Shown here: positions 9,016-18,229 of the stretch, in pieces
Layout: each line of letters begins with the position of its first letter
Position numbering within the stretch: the first letter of the stretch is position 1
Assembly (NCBI GenBank): GCA_027031765.1
Contig: JALVPN010000040.1
Coordinates: 1 to 32,000, forward strand
Direction of reading: 5' to 3'
Source: Promethearchaeota archaeon
GTDB lineage: Archaea > Asgardarchaeota > Thorarchaeia > Thorarchaeales > Thorarchaeaceae
Length of the DNA: 32,000 nt
Program-made: the position numbers and the translations under genes
The notes under the pieces: model-generated
Databases searched by the model: none
What the model was told of the DNA's origin: nothing
Seen by the model: only the letters and a program-made list of their open reading frames with translations

Positions 9016-9413
9016 TCTTGCCTACTTGTGAACTGCACGCACCGACCCAACGGGTGGCCAGAAACGACCGTGACTCTAGGGCCAAGTGCAGTCCTCCAGC
9101 CAGGACGACCACGGCACGGCCATCAGAAGTGCGACTCAGGTGTTCCGTCCTCGGCCCATGGGAGGCAGATTGCGGCAGGCCATGGAAGACACAACCCGAC
9201 CACAGGCCCGGGTTCCAAACACTATGACTGTGCTGAAACATTGTTTCACAGGCCCTCCTGTACGGCCCCATACCACACATCCAGCTGCAACTCGACTCGA
9301 CCCTCTCTGTTCAGGTGCGCACAGCCCCATACGGAAACATGGACACGAGAGGAAGTGAGGTTTCGTAACTCTTTTCACACATTCTACAAAGACCCCGGTG
9401 ATGTGAACATACA

Positions 9414-10487
9414 ATGCGGAGTTTCAACCCGTTCTCGGGCATCCCTACAATAATGACCGCAGAAGAAATCCTGAAGTTTGCGCACGAGAGGTCTGTACGG
9501 GCGAGAATGAAGAGCTCGCTCCGGATAAGCCGCGTGGAACGGACACGGATGCGAGAGATAACGCGGCTCAAGGAATTCGTGAGGAGCGTGAAGTCGAAAC
9601 TCCGTACCACAGTCGAGTCGTTCCCCTCAATGGAACACCTCCACCCGTTCTATCTTGAGCTTGCGGAGATACTTGTAGGCATCGACAGAATTAGGAGGGC
9701 TCTTGGCGCCATCTACAACTCGATTCCGGTAGTAGATGAGATTGCGAACAGACACATTGAAGCCTTGAAGCTTGCCAGCGACTATCGGCAGATGAAACGT
9801 TCACGCAGTGCTGCAAAGGGTCGTATAGCCTCGGTCATCCGAAGAACCGCAGCCAACCTCCAGACACTCATAGAGGCCCGACAGGTGCTGGCCAAGCTCC
9901 CAAGTGTGACACCCGATAGCCCGACTGTTGTGTGTGCAGGCTTTCCAAATGTGGGAAAGTCGACGCTGGTCAGGGCGGTATCGACAGCGGAGCCCACCAT
10001 TGCATACTATCCGTTCACGACGCGCGAAGTAATCGTGGGACACCTCATGGTCGGGGACACAATGGTGCAGGTCGTGGACACACCTGGAATCCTAGACAGA
10101 CCCATGTCCGAACGCAACGACATAGAACGGGCTGCGATTGCGGCCCTCAAGTATCTGGCCCATGTGATCATATTCATGGTAGACCCATCAGAGACCTGTG
10201 GGTGGCCACTGGACGAACAGTTCAACCTATACGATGAGATTGGACGGATGTTCCCACTGGTACCAATCTGTGGAGTCATCAACAAAGTTGACATTGCGCC
10301 ACCACACCATCTAGCGTCTGCAAGGGAACGAATGCCGGATGCGCACGAGATTGTCGCAAAGGATGGGCAGGGCGTGATAGAACTGATGACAGAGGTTGTT
10401 GAGGAAGCGGATGTCGACTCCAACAGAGAGCAGATAGTTGGCACACTGTCATTCCTTGACAGAGAGACCGACGCCACGGACAGTTAG
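9414..10487 (+). CDS. NOG1-family GTPase (ribosome biogenesis)
   Basis: HPFY N-terminal helical domain, GFPNVGKST (G1), YPFTT (G2), DTPG (G3) and NKVD (G4). Confidence 0.92.
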   Translation: MRSFNPFSGIPTIMTAEEILKFAHERSVRARMKSSLRISRVERTRMREITRLKEFVRSVKSKLRTTVESFPSMEHLHPFYLELAEILVGIDRIRRALGAIYNSIPVVDEIANRHIEALKLASDYRQMKRSRSAAKGRIASVIRRTAANLQTLIEARQVLAKLPSVTPDSPTVVCAGFPNVGKSTLVRAVSTAEPTIAYYPFTTREVIVGHLMVGDTMVQVVDTPGILDRPMSERNDIERAAIAALKYLAHVIIFMVDPSETCGWPLDEQFNLYDEIGRMFPLVPICGVINKVDIAPPHHLASARERMPDAHEIVAKDGQGVIELMTEVVEEADVDSNREQIVGTLSFLDRETDATDS

Positions 10488-11522
10488 CAGGCCAGGCGTA
10501 CCAGTTGAGCCCTCAAGAGACAGGTCGGCATCAAGGAACCTGCTGGTGACCCAAAGGTTGGTCTTGAGATGTGATGTCACCCTAGTGATGCCAATCCTGC
10601 TCACGCCAGAGGCCATAGCAACATATGGCACCAACATGTCACAGAGATGCGAGTCCACAGCCAGACCTGTTGACAACTCACTGAGCAGAGAGGTGGCAGC
10701 CTCACGTCCGACCTGTTCGGCGGGCTTGCCCCGAGTCCCCAAGGAGTCAGAACCGATGCGCATCCCACTGCCCGACTCGGCCCACAGTACGATGCCGCTC
10801 CCGGGGCCGAGATGTGGGTCGCTCTTGCGGTCATAACTCTCAGTCTCAATCTGTACTGGGCATGATAGCGTCCCTTGGAGTACCTCCGCAGCTGCTTGTG
10901 CCTGACGGACTGCAACGTGTCTAGGCAGTCTGACACAGTGTGAGAGACCATAGATTGACTGGAGGTTGCCAAACCCATCAAAGTGGACAGGATGAATGGA
11001 TTCAGTTGGCCACACCCTGCACCGCACTGTCCCACCACCACGGGGATAGTGGCCACGTCGAATGACCTTGGTGTCGACTGTTACACCAAGATGGCGGATC
11101 GTGTGGCCGAACACGTGGACCATGTAGTCGATTGGTGGGCTCCAGGCAACATCAGTACCACCGGTCAGTGTCAACTCTGAGGGTTCAGGGCAAAGGGCCA
11201 GTGCCGGGAAGACTGCTTGCAGGACGAGGGAGATGGAACCGGCGGTGCCAATGTCGTATGAGAATGTACCACCGTGCCGGCTGCAGGGTATGAACTCAAG
11301 CCGGGTACTCCCCACCTCTAGGCCGCTCACCTCCGCATCAACAACCCGGGCAATCAGCTCGACGCCTGCAATGTGTTGCCTCCTCAGACCCGGGTTCGAC
11401 CGGCCAGACCGGATGTTGATAATCCGGACTGGGCGCATGGTGACGGCAGAGAGACTGACTGAAGTCCGGACAATCTGCCCGCCACCTTCCCCATATGAAC
11501 CGTCGATTATTGTGAAATTCAT
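10449..11522 (-). CDS. rtcA: RNA 3'-terminal phosphate cyclase
   Basis: IDGSYGEGGGQ, RGHYPRGGG and the catalytic His in DSHLCD. The start was moved to ATG 11522. Its 3' end overlaps the NOG1 gene convergently by 39 nt. Confidence 0.95.
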   Translation of the reverse strand: MNFTIIDGSYGEGGGQIVRTSVSLSAVTMRPVRIINIRSGRSNPGLRRQHIAGVELIARVVDAEVSGLEVGSTRLEFIPCSRHGGTFSYDIGTAGSISLVLQAVFPALALCPEPSELTLTGGTDVAWSPPIDYMVHVFGHTIRHLGVTVDTKVIRRGHYPRGGGTVRCRVWPTESIHPVHFDGFGNLQSIYGLSHCVRLPRHVAVRQAQAAAEVLQGTLSCPVQIETESYDRKSDPHLGPGSGIVLWAESGSGMRIGSDSLGTRGKPAEQVGREAATSLLSELSTGLAVDSHLCDMLVPYVAMASGVSRIGITRVTSHLKTNLWVTSRFLDADLSLEGSTGTPGLLTVRGVGLSVKE

Positions 11523-11588
11523 CGTCCTGACAACGCGGTGACAGTACAATTAAGGCCTTTTGATTGGACTGGACACCATGCCAAACCC

Positions 11589-11594
11589 TTTATT
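11589..11594 (+). promoter_or_regulatory. TATA box for the NMNAT gene
   Basis: AAACCC-TTTATT about 31-36 nt upstream of ATG 11625. Confidence 0.5.
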
Positions 11595-11624
11595 GTCGGG
11601 GGCAACAGTGGGGGACGAGGCAGC

Positions 11625-12146
11625 ATGGTAGCAGTGTTCATTGGCCGGTTCCAGCCAGTCCACCGGGGGCACATCCACACAATAAGGCAGATACTATCGG
11701 AAGAGGGCGAGTTGATAATTGCAATAGGCAGCGCACAGTATTCTCACACACCTGACAACCCGTTCAGTGGAGGCGAGCGTGTCATGTTCCTCCACCATGC
11801 ACTGATAGAGGAGGGCATCGACATGAGCAGGGTATACATAGTCCCGGTACCAGATATCCACATCCACCCGTTGTGGGTCGCACATCTCAAGTCGCTGACC
11901 CCGTATTTTGACAGGGCATATACGCACAATCCACTCGTACGCCGATTGCTTGAAGATGCCGGGGTAGAAGTTTGTGAGACCAAGTTGTTAGAGAGGAGCA
12001 GGTTCAGCGCAGAACATGTACGAGAGCTCTTGCGGCAAGGTGGCAACTGGGAGGCGCTTGTCCCCCCGAGTGTGGCAGCCCTGATCAAGAAACACAAGAT
12101 GGACGAACGTGTGAGAGCAATTGGCGATACTAGACTGAAACGATAA
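11625..12146 (+). CDS. nadM: Nicotinamide-nucleotide adenylyltransferase
   Basis: FIGRFQP.HRGH, IGSAQYSHT..NPFSGGER and WVAH motifs. Confidence 0.92.
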   Translation: MVAVFIGRFQPVHRGHIHTIRQILSEEGELIIAIGSAQYSHTPDNPFSGGERVMFLHHALIEEGIDMSRVYIVPVPDIHIHPLWVAHLKSLTPYFDRAYTHNPLVRRLLEDAGVEVCETKLLERSRFSAEHVRELLRQGGNWEALVPPSVAALIKKHKMDERVRAIGDTRLKR

Positions 12147-12223
12147 CCAACTGGCTAAGATATGTCACATCACACGGGACGGGGGCACAGGACTGGTCGT
12201 GGTGGGAGTGGGACAGGGGAGGG

Positions 12224-12231
12224 TTTAAATA
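12224..12231 (+). promoter_or_regulatory. TATA box upstream of proS
   Basis: Consensus TTTAAATA after a purine-rich tract. It implies a transcription start near 12254 and a leader of about 105 nt. Confidence 0.65.
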
Positions 12232-12360
12232 AGAAGTAGAAGGGACGGGATGGTGGTGAACGAGTGTGCCAGGTGAACGTGTTCCGGACTCCTACTGAAA
12301 CGCTGTTTTTCTCCACCAGCTCGTTCTCCGTTGTCAAGTTTCTTTGCAGGAGGTCATGTG

Positions 12361-13845
12361 ATGTCAGGCACTGATGGACAGAAACAAGGCAGCCGGGTTA
12401 TCTTCAATATAAGCAAGGAGAAGAACTTCCCTGACTGGTTCGGTGAGATTGTCAAGGTTGCCGAACTTGCTGATATCCGCTATGGTGTGAAGGGCTTCAC
12501 GCCGTTCATGCCATGGAGCGTCATCAGCATGGAAATCATGTACGACCTCTACGAGGCGGCACTGCAACGGAAGGGACATCTCCCAATGATATTTCCCACA
12601 CTCATTCCAGAGAGCAATCTCCGGAGGGAGGCACAGCACGTAGAGGGGTTTACACCCCAAGTGTTCTGGATTCGCGAGATAGGTGACGGGGAAGAGCTGG
12701 AGGAACGGCTGGCACTCAGACCGACCAGCGAGACCGCAATATACCCCATGTATGCGCTCTGGGTCAGGAGCTGGCGTGACCTGCCCATGAAGAGGTACCA
12801 GCGGGCCTCTGTCTTTCGCTCGGAGGTCAAGAGTACAAGGCCATTCCTACGCGGCCGCGAGTTCCTATGGATAGAGAGCCACAATGTGTATGCCACTCAT
12901 GAGGAGGCCAAGGCCCAGGTACGAGAAGACCTTGAAACAACAAAAGAGGTAGTAACAGGCGAACTCGGCATCCCGGTGATGGTGTTCCGGAGGACACAGT
13001 GGGACAAGTTCCCAGGAGGCGTCGACACCTATGCGGCTGACACGCTGATGCCCGACGGCAAGCTAATCCAGTTGCCGTCCACACATGACCTTGGGGACAA
13101 CTTCGCGCGTGCGTTTGACATCAAGTACCTGAACAAGGACAACGAGATGGTGTACGCGTACCAGACATGCTATGGCCCTGCCATCTCCCGTATCTATGGG
13201 GCAATGATTGCAGTACACGGGGACGACAGGGGCCTGAGGCTGCCATTCAAGGTCGCACCATATCAGGTGGTCATAGTGCCAATAGTCAAGTCATCGACCG
13301 TCGAACAGGTCATGAACTACGCCCGACAGATTGAGGATTGCCTGAAGGAATCAGGGCTCCGCGTGCACCTAGACGACCGGGAGCAGACGCCCGGGTGGAA
13401 GTACAACTTCTGGGAGATGAAGGGAGTGCCAGTGCGAGTACAGGTCGGGCCACGTGAGGTGAAAGACAGGACGGCCACGGTGTTCAGACGCGACCTGCTC
13501 ACAAAGGAAACCATAGCACTGGACAAGCTGGAGGAGTACATCTGGGAACTCGGCGCAGACATGGACAGGACGCTCAGAGAACAGGCAGAGGCTAGGTTCG
13601 AAGGGCTGATTGTCGACGCGTGGTCGTTGGAAGAGATTGACAAGGCATTGGACGAAGGCAAGGTGGCACGGGTGCCGTTCTGCACTACCGAAATGGCTGG
13701 GCGTGAGTGTGCTGAGATCATAAAGGAGGAAACAGGCGGCGATGTCCGGGGGACGCGTATAGATGTTGAAGAGAGGGCGGAGGGCACATGTGTTGCATGT
13801 GGCAAGTCGGCAGGCGCAGTAGTGTACATAGCAAGGTCGTACTGA
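12361..13845 (+). CDS. proS: Prolyl-tRNA synthetase, archaeal/eukaryotic type
   Basis: LALRPTSET, FLRGREFLW, HGDDRGL, the WEMKGVP anticodon domain and a C-terminal Zn site (CVAC). GGAGGT SD at 12349-12354. Confidence 0.97.
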   Translation: MSGTDGQKQGSRVIFNISKEKNFPDWFGEIVKVAELADIRYGVKGFTPFMPWSVISMEIMYDLYEAALQRKGHLPMIFPTLIPESNLRREAQHVEGFTPQVFWIREIGDGEELEERLALRPTSETAIYPMYALWVRSWRDLPMKRYQRASVFRSEVKSTRPFLRGREFLWIESHNVYATHEEAKAQVREDLETTKEVVTGELGIPVMVFRRTQWDKFPGGVDTYAADTLMPDGKLIQLPSTHDLGDNFARAFDIKYLNKDNEMVYAYQTCYGPAISRIYGAMIAVHGDDRGLRLPFKVAPYQVVIVPIVKSSTVEQVMNYARQIEDCLKESGLRVHLDDREQTPGWKYNFWEMKGVPVRVQVGPREVKDRTATVFRRDLLTKETIALDKLEEYIWELGADMDRTLREQAEARFEGLIVDAWSLEEIDKALDEGKVARVPFCTTEMAGRECAEIIKEETGGDVRGTRIDVEERAEGTCVACGKSAGAVVYIARSY

Positions 13846-13872
13846 ACCCAAGCACATGGAGCAGCATTGGTC

Positions 13873-14867
13873 ATGACACAGGACGTGGTGCTAGTCCCGC
13901 AGCCACACGGAGTGGTGGAAGAGTTCCGTAAGATCATAGGTGGGGCGGCCGGGGTTGTCGAGTCGGCACGCGATGTCGAGTCGAGGGTGGCCAACGGGGC
14001 AGATGCGACCTTTGTTGCGTCTGGTCGCAGTGCCAGGCGAATACATAAGGCGCGCTCCGAGGCTGCGGCTGATCCAGACATTCAGCGCTGGCGTGGATGG
14101 CATAGACCGTGCAGCTGTACTTGAGCGTGGTGACATCATCGTCTGCAATTCGCACCTGAACGCCTCCGAGGTCGCAGAATATGCGGTCGCGCTCCTACTC
14201 TGCGCTGCCAAGCGGACTGTGCCGAGGAACCGTGACTTCCGGACTGGGAGCTGGAAGCACGGGTGAGGAGGACCGTTCAAGAACATCGGGATACAGGGAA
14301 AGACCGCTCTCGTCGTGGGATCAGGGCATGTGGGCATGGAGATTGCAAGTCGCCCCCGGTGTTTAGGTATGAGAATAATAGTGGTCACGCGTACCGGTCG
14401 GGCATCACACCCCGAATCTGCAGACCGTGTACTCTCACTGAGCGACCTAGCCACAGCAGTCCCTGAGGCCGACTTTGTCGTCCTGCCCCCACCACTAACG
14501 GAGGAGGACCGCGGCCTTGTTGACGAAGAGTTCATAGCGCTGATGAAGCCGTCGGCAATACTGGTGAACGTATCGAGGAGCGCTGTTGTCGATGAGGGAG
14601 CACTCTACGAGGCCCTCAGGACGAGAAGGACTGCCGAGGCCGCGCTGGACGCATGGTGGGACTATCCAAAGGACAGGGGAAGGAGCAGACAGTTCCCATC
14701 GGTGCACTTCGACTTTCACAGCCTTGACAATGCCGTGCTCACACCACACAGAGCCGCATACTCCGAACAGGCAAGCAGTGAGCAGGAGAGGTTTGCAGTG
14801 GAGAACGTCCTGCGGTTCCTACGCGGCGAGACCCCCCTCGACATCATGGACATACACAAGGTACTAG
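13873..14867 (+). pseudogene. D-isomer-specific 2-hydroxyacid dehydrogenase pseudogene
   Basis: Three lesions: a frameshift near 14029 (ASGR then VPGEYIRRAPRLRLIQ in another frame), an in-frame TGA at 14264-14266 (KHG*GGPFKNIGIQGKT), and a frameshift near 14861 that removes the usual GY-stop ending (aag-g-tac-tag). GKT..GxGxxG, R, LD.W and TPH motifs are retained. Confidence 0.85.
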
Positions 14868-14965
14868 CACTGGCAGGGCTCCCCCGGTCCAGAGGCAACA
14901 TTCATCTGTCAGTGATAACGAACCGGGCTGCAGTCATCCCGATAGCGGTATGCAACAGCGAACGC

Positions 14966-14971
14966 TATAAG
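14966..14971 (+). promoter_or_regulatory. TATA box for the MutS-like/phosphoesterase pair
   Basis: TATAAG about 50 nt upstream of GTG 15021, followed by a GAGGTTGGAG SD-like motif. Confidence 0.45.
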
Positions 14972-15020
14972 TGAAGATGAGTCCACTGAGCGCTGAACGG
15001 CAAGTACAGAGGTTGGAGCA

Positions 15021-17207
15021 GTGAGCATCACGAGCCTATCGGATGTCCCGGGCGTTGGTGAGAAGGTGCGTAAGGCACTCGTCGAGCATTTTGGAAGTGA
15101 GGAGATAGCGCTCAAGGTCATCAAGGACACGCGGGTCGACCTCGTGGCGGCGGTCCCCGGTATTGGCACCCGGCAGGCCATCAACATCGTCAAGGGTGCC
15201 TTCGAACAGGAGTTTGGTGCAAGTGCCAACATGATCCTGCGTACACCGGACATAAGGAAGATATACGAGGCGAGTCTAGACATCATCCGTGAATATGCAA
15301 ACACAACATATGCCAAGGACAGACTGCTCCTCTACTTCCCACTCCCACCCGAGAAGATTGATGTCATAATGGAACGACAGACATACTTTGCTGATGCATC
15401 GGACTTCGCCAAACAACTCGACAATGAGATGAGGACACAGATACGGGAACTGTTGAAACGCATGAGAGGACTCTACAGGAGGGCGCGGCCGAAGCGGACA
15501 GAGGGGAGGGTGCTCCTGACCAACGACGCCCAGACATTCGACCGGCTGATAGAGGCGGGTGTGGACCGGTGGTGTCCGGTCTACGTCCTGTCCGAGGGGG
15601 AGAACTGCATCGACTATGCCAAGGGATACGACTTTGTGCTGTTCATCAGCCCACGGGGTGACTATGATGAGTCACTAGACATGATTGACAATGTCGAAGT
15701 CCTCGGAAAAGACTGGACAATAGATGATGTGCTCCCCGAGCGGACCATCGGGTTCTACTCACGGAACTACCGCGTGATTGATGCTGCATGCCAGTTGGCT
15801 GCGATACTCCAGCACCTACCGACCAACAGGTCGATGGAGAGGTTCGTGGAAGGGATTGACTTTGACAGCCTGAAACGCGTCGGAGAGGTGCTCCAGCAGC
15901 TTGATGAGGACGGTGAGATTGCAGCCGGGATGGATCCCGAGCTCGACAGGTACCGACAGGCTGTGAAGGCCTTCCCGACTGCCATAGCTGAAGTCGAAGC
16001 ATGGCTGAACGAAGAGATCCGGTCCCGGATTTCCAAGAGCAAAGTGACCCTTGGCGGCCAGCAGATTATCAGCATTCTGCAGTCAGCAGACTTCGAGGGG
16101 GCTGAAACATCAGCGCTGAGGAACATGTTGCCGGCCGAGATAGTAGAAACGTTCTCAGAGACCATCCAGCAGGCAGAAGACAGGCTTGTCGAGATGCTGG
16201 GACTCACCGTACGCGAGGCCGACTGGGTGTCGGGTATTGTGAGTGAGGAGATTGCGCTGCCTGTGCGAATGATCCCTGCGGGGATTAATGATCTTGAGGA
16301 CCGACTCAGACGTCTCTACGCTGAGAAACGCTTCAGACTGTTGAAGAAGGTGGCCTCAGAACTGAACAAGCTCAGGGACTCTGTCACACGGGCAGTCCAG
16401 AGCCTGCTTGAGTTTGACCTGTTCCTTGCAGTGGGACTGTTCTCAGTTGACTACGACCTCCGGACACCAAACATCTCCATGGAGTACAGGGGTGTTGGAG
16501 TCAGGGGTGCTAGGAACCTGTTCCTCGTGCAGAGCATGTTGAAAGGAAAACACGGGCCAGTCCAGCCCATAGACTACAGCATTGGCGCCACACCATTCCG
16601 CCCCGAGGGGACCGCTCAGGAGAACTGTGCGATACTGTCGGGGGCCAACAGCGGTGGAAAGACCACGACCATTCAGACCCTTGCACAGATAGTGACCCTT
16701 GCACAGGCAGGGTTTCCGGTGCCAGCAGAAACCGCCCATCTGTGCGTATTTGAAGAGGTCTATTTCTTCTACAAGAGCAGGGGCATGGTGAGTGCGGGGG
16801 CATTTGAAACCACCCTGAAGCAGTTTGCGGACATAGTCGTGTCCGAAAAGTCGAAACTTGCACTGTTCGACGAGGTGGAGGCCATCACGGAACCGGGCAG
16901 CGCGGCGAACGTGATTGCAGGACTCGTTGAGATACTCCAGAAGGACTCCCGGAGCTGTACAGTGATTTGCAGTCACCTCGCAAGGGAGATAAGAGAGGCC
17001 ACTGATGTCCCACTCCGTATTGATGGTATCGAGGCCCGTGGCCTTGACGAGAACCTGGACCTCATTGTTGACCGGACGCCAAGGTTCGGCTACCTTGCAC
17101 GTAGTACACCCGAACTCATAGTGGAGCGGCTCGCGAAGCTGGCCAAGGAACCAAAGAAGACAGTATACATGAAGATACTTGAGAACTTGCAACGGGTACG
17201 ACAATAG
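15021..17207 (+). CDS. MutS-family ATPase with N-terminal helix-hairpin-helix motifs (archaeal MutS5-like)
   Basis: VPGVG and VPGIG HhH motifs, Walker A GANSGGKT, SAGAFE, Walker B LFDE and SHL. No mismatch-recognition or Smr domain is visible. Confidence 0.85.
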   Translation: MSITSLSDVPGVGEKVRKALVEHFGSEEIALKVIKDTRVDLVAAVPGIGTRQAINIVKGAFEQEFGASANMILRTPDIRKIYEASLDIIREYANTTYAKDRLLLYFPLPPEKIDVIMERQTYFADASDFAKQLDNEMRTQIRELLKRMRGLYRRARPKRTEGRVLLTNDAQTFDRLIEAGVDRWCPVYVLSEGENCIDYAKGYDFVLFISPRGDYDESLDMIDNVEVLGKDWTIDDVLPERTIGFYSRNYRVIDAACQLAAILQHLPTNRSMERFVEGIDFDSLKRVGEVLQQLDEDGEIAAGMDPELDRYRQAVKAFPTAIAEVEAWLNEEIRSRISKSKVTLGGQQIISILQSADFEGAETSALRNMLPAEIVETFSETIQQAEDRLVEMLGLTVREADWVSGIVSEEIALPVRMIPAGINDLEDRLRRLYAEKRFRLLKKVASELNKLRDSVTRAVQSLLEFDLFLAVGLFSVDYDLRTPNISMEYRGVGVRGARNLFLVQSMLKGKHGPVQPIDYSIGATPFRPEGTAQENCAILSGANSGGKTTTIQTLAQIVTLAQAGFPVPAETAHLCVFEEVYFFYKSRGMVSAGAFETTLKQFADIVVSEKSKLALFDEVEAITEPGSAANVIAGLVEILQKDSRSCTVICSHLAREIREATDVPLRIDGIEARGLDENLDLIVDRTPRFGYLARSTPELIVERLAKLAKEPKKTVYMKILENLQRVRQ

Positions 17208-17217
17208 GTGAGCAGGA

Positions 17218-17793
17218 ATGATACGTGTGCTGGTCTTTGGGGACACGCACATACCAACACGGCGCGACGGAATACCCACCGACTTCCATGAGCACATCGA
17301 ACAGACACAGTATGACATCGCACTGGTCACTGGTGACCTTGTCGATGAGGCTGCGATGCGCCATGCAATGCCCCCACTCCCACCGTGTCGAATAGTGCGC
17401 GGAAACATGGACTACACCAACGACTACCCACTATACGATGTCCTTGAGGCAGAAGGCCAACGCATTCTGCTCCTGCATGGGACACAACTCAGACCACGCG
17501 GCAACATCCGGGAGCTATGGGAGATTGCAGTGAACATTGGTGCGACCATTGCAGTACACGGCCACACGCACAAGGCAGATGTGACACTCCACAGACGAAA
17601 GTTGTTCCTCAACCCCGGGACAATCAGCGGGGCGACCGGCGGATGGCCTGGAAAGAGCGACGCGAGTTTCATAGAGCTGATCCTGGATGGCGAGGAGATT
17701 GATGTGACGCTGTACCATACGGACTGGAAGAGGACGCGGGTCTCAGAGGTGTCGTTCAGGAGAGATGGTGACGGGATTGTCCGGGGCAGATAG
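17218..17793 (+). CDS. Metallophosphoesterase, YfcE/MJ0936/Vps29 family
   Basis: GDTHIP, TGDLV, RGNMD, LHG, HGHTH and NPGT motifs. Confidence 0.88.
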   Translation: MIRVLVFGDTHIPTRRDGIPTDFHEHIEQTQYDIALVTGDLVDEAAMRHAMPPLPPCRIVRGNMDYTNDYPLYDVLEAEGQRILLLHGTQLRPRGNIRELWEIAVNIGATIAVHGHTHKADVTLHRRKLFLNPGTISGATGGWPGKSDASFIELILDGEEIDVTLYHTDWKRTRVSEVSFRRDGDGIVRGR

Positions 17794-17870
17794 GAGTGGA
17801 TGGCAAGAGAGGAGAGGACAGCTGTACTGAGAGCACCGACTGTATGTGCCTAGAGCACCCAAGCAGCGGT

Positions 17871-17886
17871 GGCAAAAGGATTAAAA
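17871..17886 (+). promoter_or_regulatory. BRE-TATA promoter for Sec61-beta
   Basis: GGCAAAAGGA followed by TTAAAA, about 45-50 nt upstream of ATG 17931. Confidence 0.6.
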
Positions 17887-17930
17887 GTTCAACAAATGGG
17901 TAGGACAGTCAGTCCCGGAGATGCGAGACC

Positions 17931-18128
17931 ATGCCTAAGACTGCAAAGAAGCGGAAGAAGAAGAAAGGTGAGGGGCCGATGCCCTCTGGAGGAGCAGGAC
18001 TGATCCGGTTCTTCGAGGACGAGACCCCAGGCATCAAGGTGGGACCGACAATGGTTGTGGTATTTGCAACGTTGTTGGTCGTTGCCACAGTGGTCGCTCA
18101 CCTTGCCGCACAGCTGGGCTGGTTCTAG
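17931..18128 (+). CDS. secG: Preprotein translocase subunit Sec61-beta
   Basis: Basic N-terminus, PSGGAGLIRFFEDETPGIKVGP and one C-terminal TM helix. Confidence 0.92.
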   Translation: MPKTAKKRKKKKGEGPMPSGGAGLIRFFEDETPGIKVGPTMVVVFATLLVVATVVAHLAAQLGWF

Positions 18129-18178
18129 CTCGGCCAGACACCTTGGTCATGCATGTAGAATGTGCTATGCCTCAAGGA

Positions 18179-18185
18179 TTATAAA
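18179..18185 (+). promoter_or_regulatory. TATA box for the rpl44e-rps27e-aIF2alpha-nop10 operon
   Basis: TTATAAA about 45 nt upstream of ATG 18230. Confidence 0.65.
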
Positions 18186-18229
18186 CGGCCCAATGACGGA
18201 CTCGGACGCCAGAGATTGGTGGTTGCACC

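Noticed and set aside
8963-9280. 106-aa N-terminal extension of the proteasome beta subunit in the ORF track
   Set aside because: It has no protein-like composition and spans the TATA box. The sequence from ATG 8962 matches known beta subunits.
12252-12318. tRNA-like element ending in CCACCA
   Set aside because: No acceptor stem, no TTCGA T-loop and no cloverleaf.
13317-14081. 254-aa minus-strand ORF and other long antisense ORFs (10007-10477, 16443-17408, 27644-28585, 29476-30072)
   Set aside because: These are shadows of well-supported genes in GC-rich DNA, with Ser/Arg/Thr-biased composition and no motifs.
14264-14266. In-frame TGA read as selenocysteine
   Set aside because: The position fits Trp (HGW), not a catalytic Cys. 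The gene has two other frameshifts, and I see no SECIS-like element.
14868-14974. C-terminal tail of the 14315-14974 ORF
   Set aside because: It is read-through after the frameshift near 14861; the original stop is TAG at 14865-14867.
14971-14996. C/D box sRNA (GTGAAGA followed by two CTGA)
   Set aside because: Only about 26 nt, too short for guide regions, and it overlaps the probable MutS promoter.
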